DNA of 42,827 bases from a bacterium (GTDB lineage Bacteria > Patescibacteriota > Minisyncoccia > Minisyncoccales > RBG-13-42-11). The notes beneath the pieces are model-generated. The model was not told the origin of the DNA. It ran no database searches and saw nothing but the letters and a program-made list of their open reading frames with translations. The DNA lies in assembly GCA_030646565.1 (NCBI GenBank), contig JAUSLA010000024.1, positions 1-42,827 on the forward strand, read 5' to 3'. Both the position numbers and the translations under genes were made by a program. Of this stretch, positions 40,891-42,827 are shown one piece after another (position 1 is the first letter of the stretch; every line of letters starts with the position of its first letter).

Positions 40891-41568
40891 ATGGATAAAA
40901 ATATTGAAGTAGAATTTAAATTTCAAATTTTTGATAACGACGAAATAAAAGAGTTCGCAAAGACGCTTAAATTTATGGATGAGAAAAGAATAATTGACGT
41001 ATATCTGGACACAAAAGAAGGAAATTTGTACAAAAGGGGCATTTTTATAAGAATCAGGAATAATAAAAAATTAGATTTCAAATTCAATTTAGATGCCGTC
41101 AAGAATCAAAATGGAGTAAACAAACACGAACATTGCGACGAGTTATCATTTCCCCTCCCCTTGCCGCAAAATTCGGTCGAGCCGATTAATAAAATATGCA
41201 GAACTTTAAACCTTGAGGAAATTAGCGCTCCGGTCACAGAAGACTTAAAAAATAAAAACAATTTAATAGATTCTGTTGTTATAGATAAAATCAGAAAAGA
41301 CTATACAGATGAAAAGTTCAATTATTCCTTAGACAATGTAGACAAACTGGGAGAATTTATTGAGATTGAATTTATGGCATCAAAAGATGATGATATTGAA
41401 AAAACTAAAGACGAAATGCGAAAAAAACTAAAAAATTTAAAATTAAAATTGATTACCGCTGGTTATAACGAAGTTTATTGGCGTAAATTTAATTTTGACT
41501 TATACTTGCAAGGCCGATATTTATTTGAAGAAGATTACGCAAAATACCGACCGAATATCGAAAATTAA
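40891..41568 (+). CDS. CYTH-domain protein (CyaB/triphosphatase family)
   Basis: N-terminal IEVEFKF (ExExK motif) and later IRIR / EIEF acidic strands. Confidence 0.7.
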   Translation: MDKNIEVEFKFQIFDNDEIKEFAKTLKFMDEKRIIDVYLDTKEGNLYKRGIFIRIRNNKKLDFKFNLDAVKNQNGVNKHEHCDELSFPLPLPQNSVEPINKICRTLNLEEISAPVTEDLKNKNNLIDSVVIDKIRKDYTDEKFNYSLDNVDKLGEFIEIEFMASKDDDIEKTKDEMRKKLKNLKLKLITAGYNEVYWRKFNFDLYLQGRYLFEEDYAKYRPNIEN

Positions 41569-41580
41569 CGCGGCGAATTT

Positions 41581-41691
41581 ATGAAAAATTCTGTAAAAAA
41601 TACAAAAATAGACAATATAACATTAATTGGTATGCCGGGTTCGGGAAAAATCATTAAAAGATTAACGATTTGCACTAAAAATTTATGCTGA
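41581..41691 (+). pseudogene. truncated P-loop kinase N-terminus (shikimate/nucleotide kinase-like)
   Basis: MKNSVKNTKIDNITLIGMPGSGKIIKRLTICTKNLC*. A Walker A motif is followed by an early stop that overlaps the next gene's start. Confidence 0.4.
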
Positions 41692-42353
41692 ATCAAACGA
41701 TAGCAAAAATTTTAAATGAGATAGCGGAATTGCTGGAAATAAAAGGAACTCCTTTTAAGCCCTCGGCTTACCGGAAAGCGGCAGTGGCTTTGGAAAATTT
41801 AAAAGAAGACATTTCTTTAATTTACAAAGAAAAGGGCGCTAAAGGATTGAAAGAAATTCCGGGTATCGGCAAAAGCATCTCGGAAAAAATTGAGGAATAT
41901 TTGAAAAAAGGCAAGCTGAAATACCATAAAGAATTGAAAGATGAGACCGCCGTGCGTCAGCTGATAACTCACTTTTTTGAAACCAAGGGCCTTTCTCTGG
42001 AAGAATTAAAAAGAAGCGCTAAAAAAAGAAAAATTATTTATTCCCGTTTTACGCGGCCGGCAAAACAGCTTTTAGAATTGGCGGGGTCTGTTGAAAAATC
42101 AGGGGAAGCCATTGATAAAGTGGCTGAATGGGCAAAATCAAGAAATCTGGATTACTCCATTGAAACAGTTTTCAAAAAGTGGCTGGAACTGGACAGATTA
42201 AAACCAAAAGAAGTTGTTAAAAAACCCTATTTTCGGGGAGACCCGATGGTCTGGTCGGAGACAAAAAGAAAGTGGTATGTAATTTCGCCCGATGGCGAGT
42301 GGCTAGAATTCGCCGGTAAGGAAGGAGAAATAGAGTGGAGGATTATGAAATAA
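41685..42353 (+). CDS. PolX-like N-terminal helix-hairpin-helix domain protein with an unknown C-terminal half
   Basis: IAKILNEIAELLEIKGTPFKPSAYRKAAVALENL...LKEIPGIGKSISEKIEEYL resembles the 8-kDa/HhH N-terminus of family X polymerases. No polymerase domain. Confidence 0.6.
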   Translation: MLNQTIAKILNEIAELLEIKGTPFKPSAYRKAAVALENLKEDISLIYKEKGAKGLKEIPGIGKSISEKIEEYLKKGKLKYHKELKDETAVRQLITHFFETKGLSLEELKRSAKKRKIIYSRFTRPAKQLLELAGSVEKSGEAIDKVAEWAKSRNLDYSIETVFKKWLELDRLKPKEVVKKPYFRGDPMVWSETKRKWYVISPDGEWLEFAGKEGEIEWRIMK

Positions 42354-42356
42354 TCG

Positions 42357-42393
42357 TAGGCGATGAGGACTGCGTCCTCATCTTCAACTTCGT
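42357..42393. repeat. single hairpin unit (R17)
   Basis: GGCGATGAGGAC-TGC-GTCCTCATC-ttcaacttcg. The stem and loop are identical to 285-305. Confidence 0.75.
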
Positions 42394-42414
42394 TTTTTAT
42401 TCTAAAAAACTCGT

Positions 42415-42445
42415 TAAATAAAAAAGGTTCGTAAAAACGAACCTT
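42415..42445 (-). terminator. intrinsic terminator after the 42444..42749 gene
   Basis: Minus strand: AAGGTTCG-TTTTTA-CGAACCTT followed by TTTTTATTT. The stem overlaps the stop codon. Confidence 0.6.
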
Positions 42446-42749
42446 ATATAGAGAAAATTCTTCTTTCACTTACTTGCTTTCTCCACCTATAATCATTGGT
42501 CAGCTCTCGCGGCATTCTAAGACAAAATCCTATTCCGCTATTTTTTACTGAAACAATGGACCAAAGCGTTCCGACTAGTCCGACAGCGCCAAATAAAAAA
42601 TTAATCGCTAAGAAATCTTCATCATGTTCGTCGTAGCCTCCGGCATATTCAAATTTTTCGTAAGAACATTTCAAATCATTTTTAAGAATACCGTAAGCTG
42701 AAAAACCGCAAAAAAACCAGAAAATTCCTGCCGCAATTATAATTGTCAA
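42444..42749 (-). CDS. small integral membrane protein (hypothetical)
   Basis: Two hydrophobic segments (IIIAAGIFWFFCGFSAYGIL and FLFGAVGLVGTLWSIV). Confidence 0.45.
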   Translation of the reverse strand: MTIIIAAGIFWFFCGFSAYGILKNDLKCSYEKFEYAGGYDEHDEDFLAINFLFGAVGLVGTLWSIVSVKNSGIGFCLRMPRELTNDYRWRKQVSERRIFSI

Positions 42750-42827
42750 GGTGCGCCTCCTCCTATCTTTCTTTTAATTTTATAATAACATATGCCGAAA
42801 ATTATTCAAGAACAAAAAATTAAGCCA

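Overview
AT-rich, compact, standard-code bacterial window. Small single-domain genes, strong GGAGG Shine-Dalgarno sites and a reduced-looking gene repertoire suggest a Patescibacteria/CPR-type genome (inference). I support about 50 protein genes and found no rRNA, tRNA, CRISPR array or transposase. Gene content from left to right:
- nusG (3' end) and rplK.
- A thymidylate-cycle cluster: dCMP deaminase, thyA, folA, a dcd/dut-like gene and glyA.
- An envelope and two-component block: M23 peptidase, receiver protein and GAF histidine kinase.
- A radical SAM/SPASM gene.
- Two NUDIX genes.
- A co-directional 7.3-kb block: queC, GNAT, folE2, queD, queE, then carbamoyltransferase, PIG-L deacetylase, GT2 and a KsgA/Erm-like methyltransferase.
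- An accessory patch with an AbiEii-type TA module, hicB plus a decayed hicA, and two LOG/TIGR00725-like genes.
- A minus-strand run of TrpD-like, HAD, M20, PfkB, BtpA, HAD, HAD-like and LOG-hydrolase genes.
- A small GG-terminated ubiquitin-like ORF, then trmB, murC, ligT, a CYTH gene and a PolX-like HhH protein.

Main second-look items:
1. An unannotated 33-aa precursor-like peptide gene (13506..13607, minus) is translationally coupled to the radical SAM/SPASM enzyme and followed by an intrinsic terminator. This is a candidate RiPP cassette.
2. A T-box leader with a canonical antiterminator/terminator switch lies upstream of a divergent TrpD-like gene.
3. A complete preQ0 pathway with no tgt or queF in the window abuts sugar-tailoring-type enzymes.
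4. A pervasive GC-rich mosaic family of covarying hairpins (about 17-19 loci) sits in this AT-rich DNA. It includes an in-frame insertion in murC and several rewritten gene 3' ends.
5. A 27-nt perfect palindrome is seen at two filled sites and one empty site, with its loop flipped between copies. It is inserted into a conserved promoter-proximal motif that contains a perfect DnaA-box 9-mer.

All functional calls come from motifs read by eye; no database search was run.
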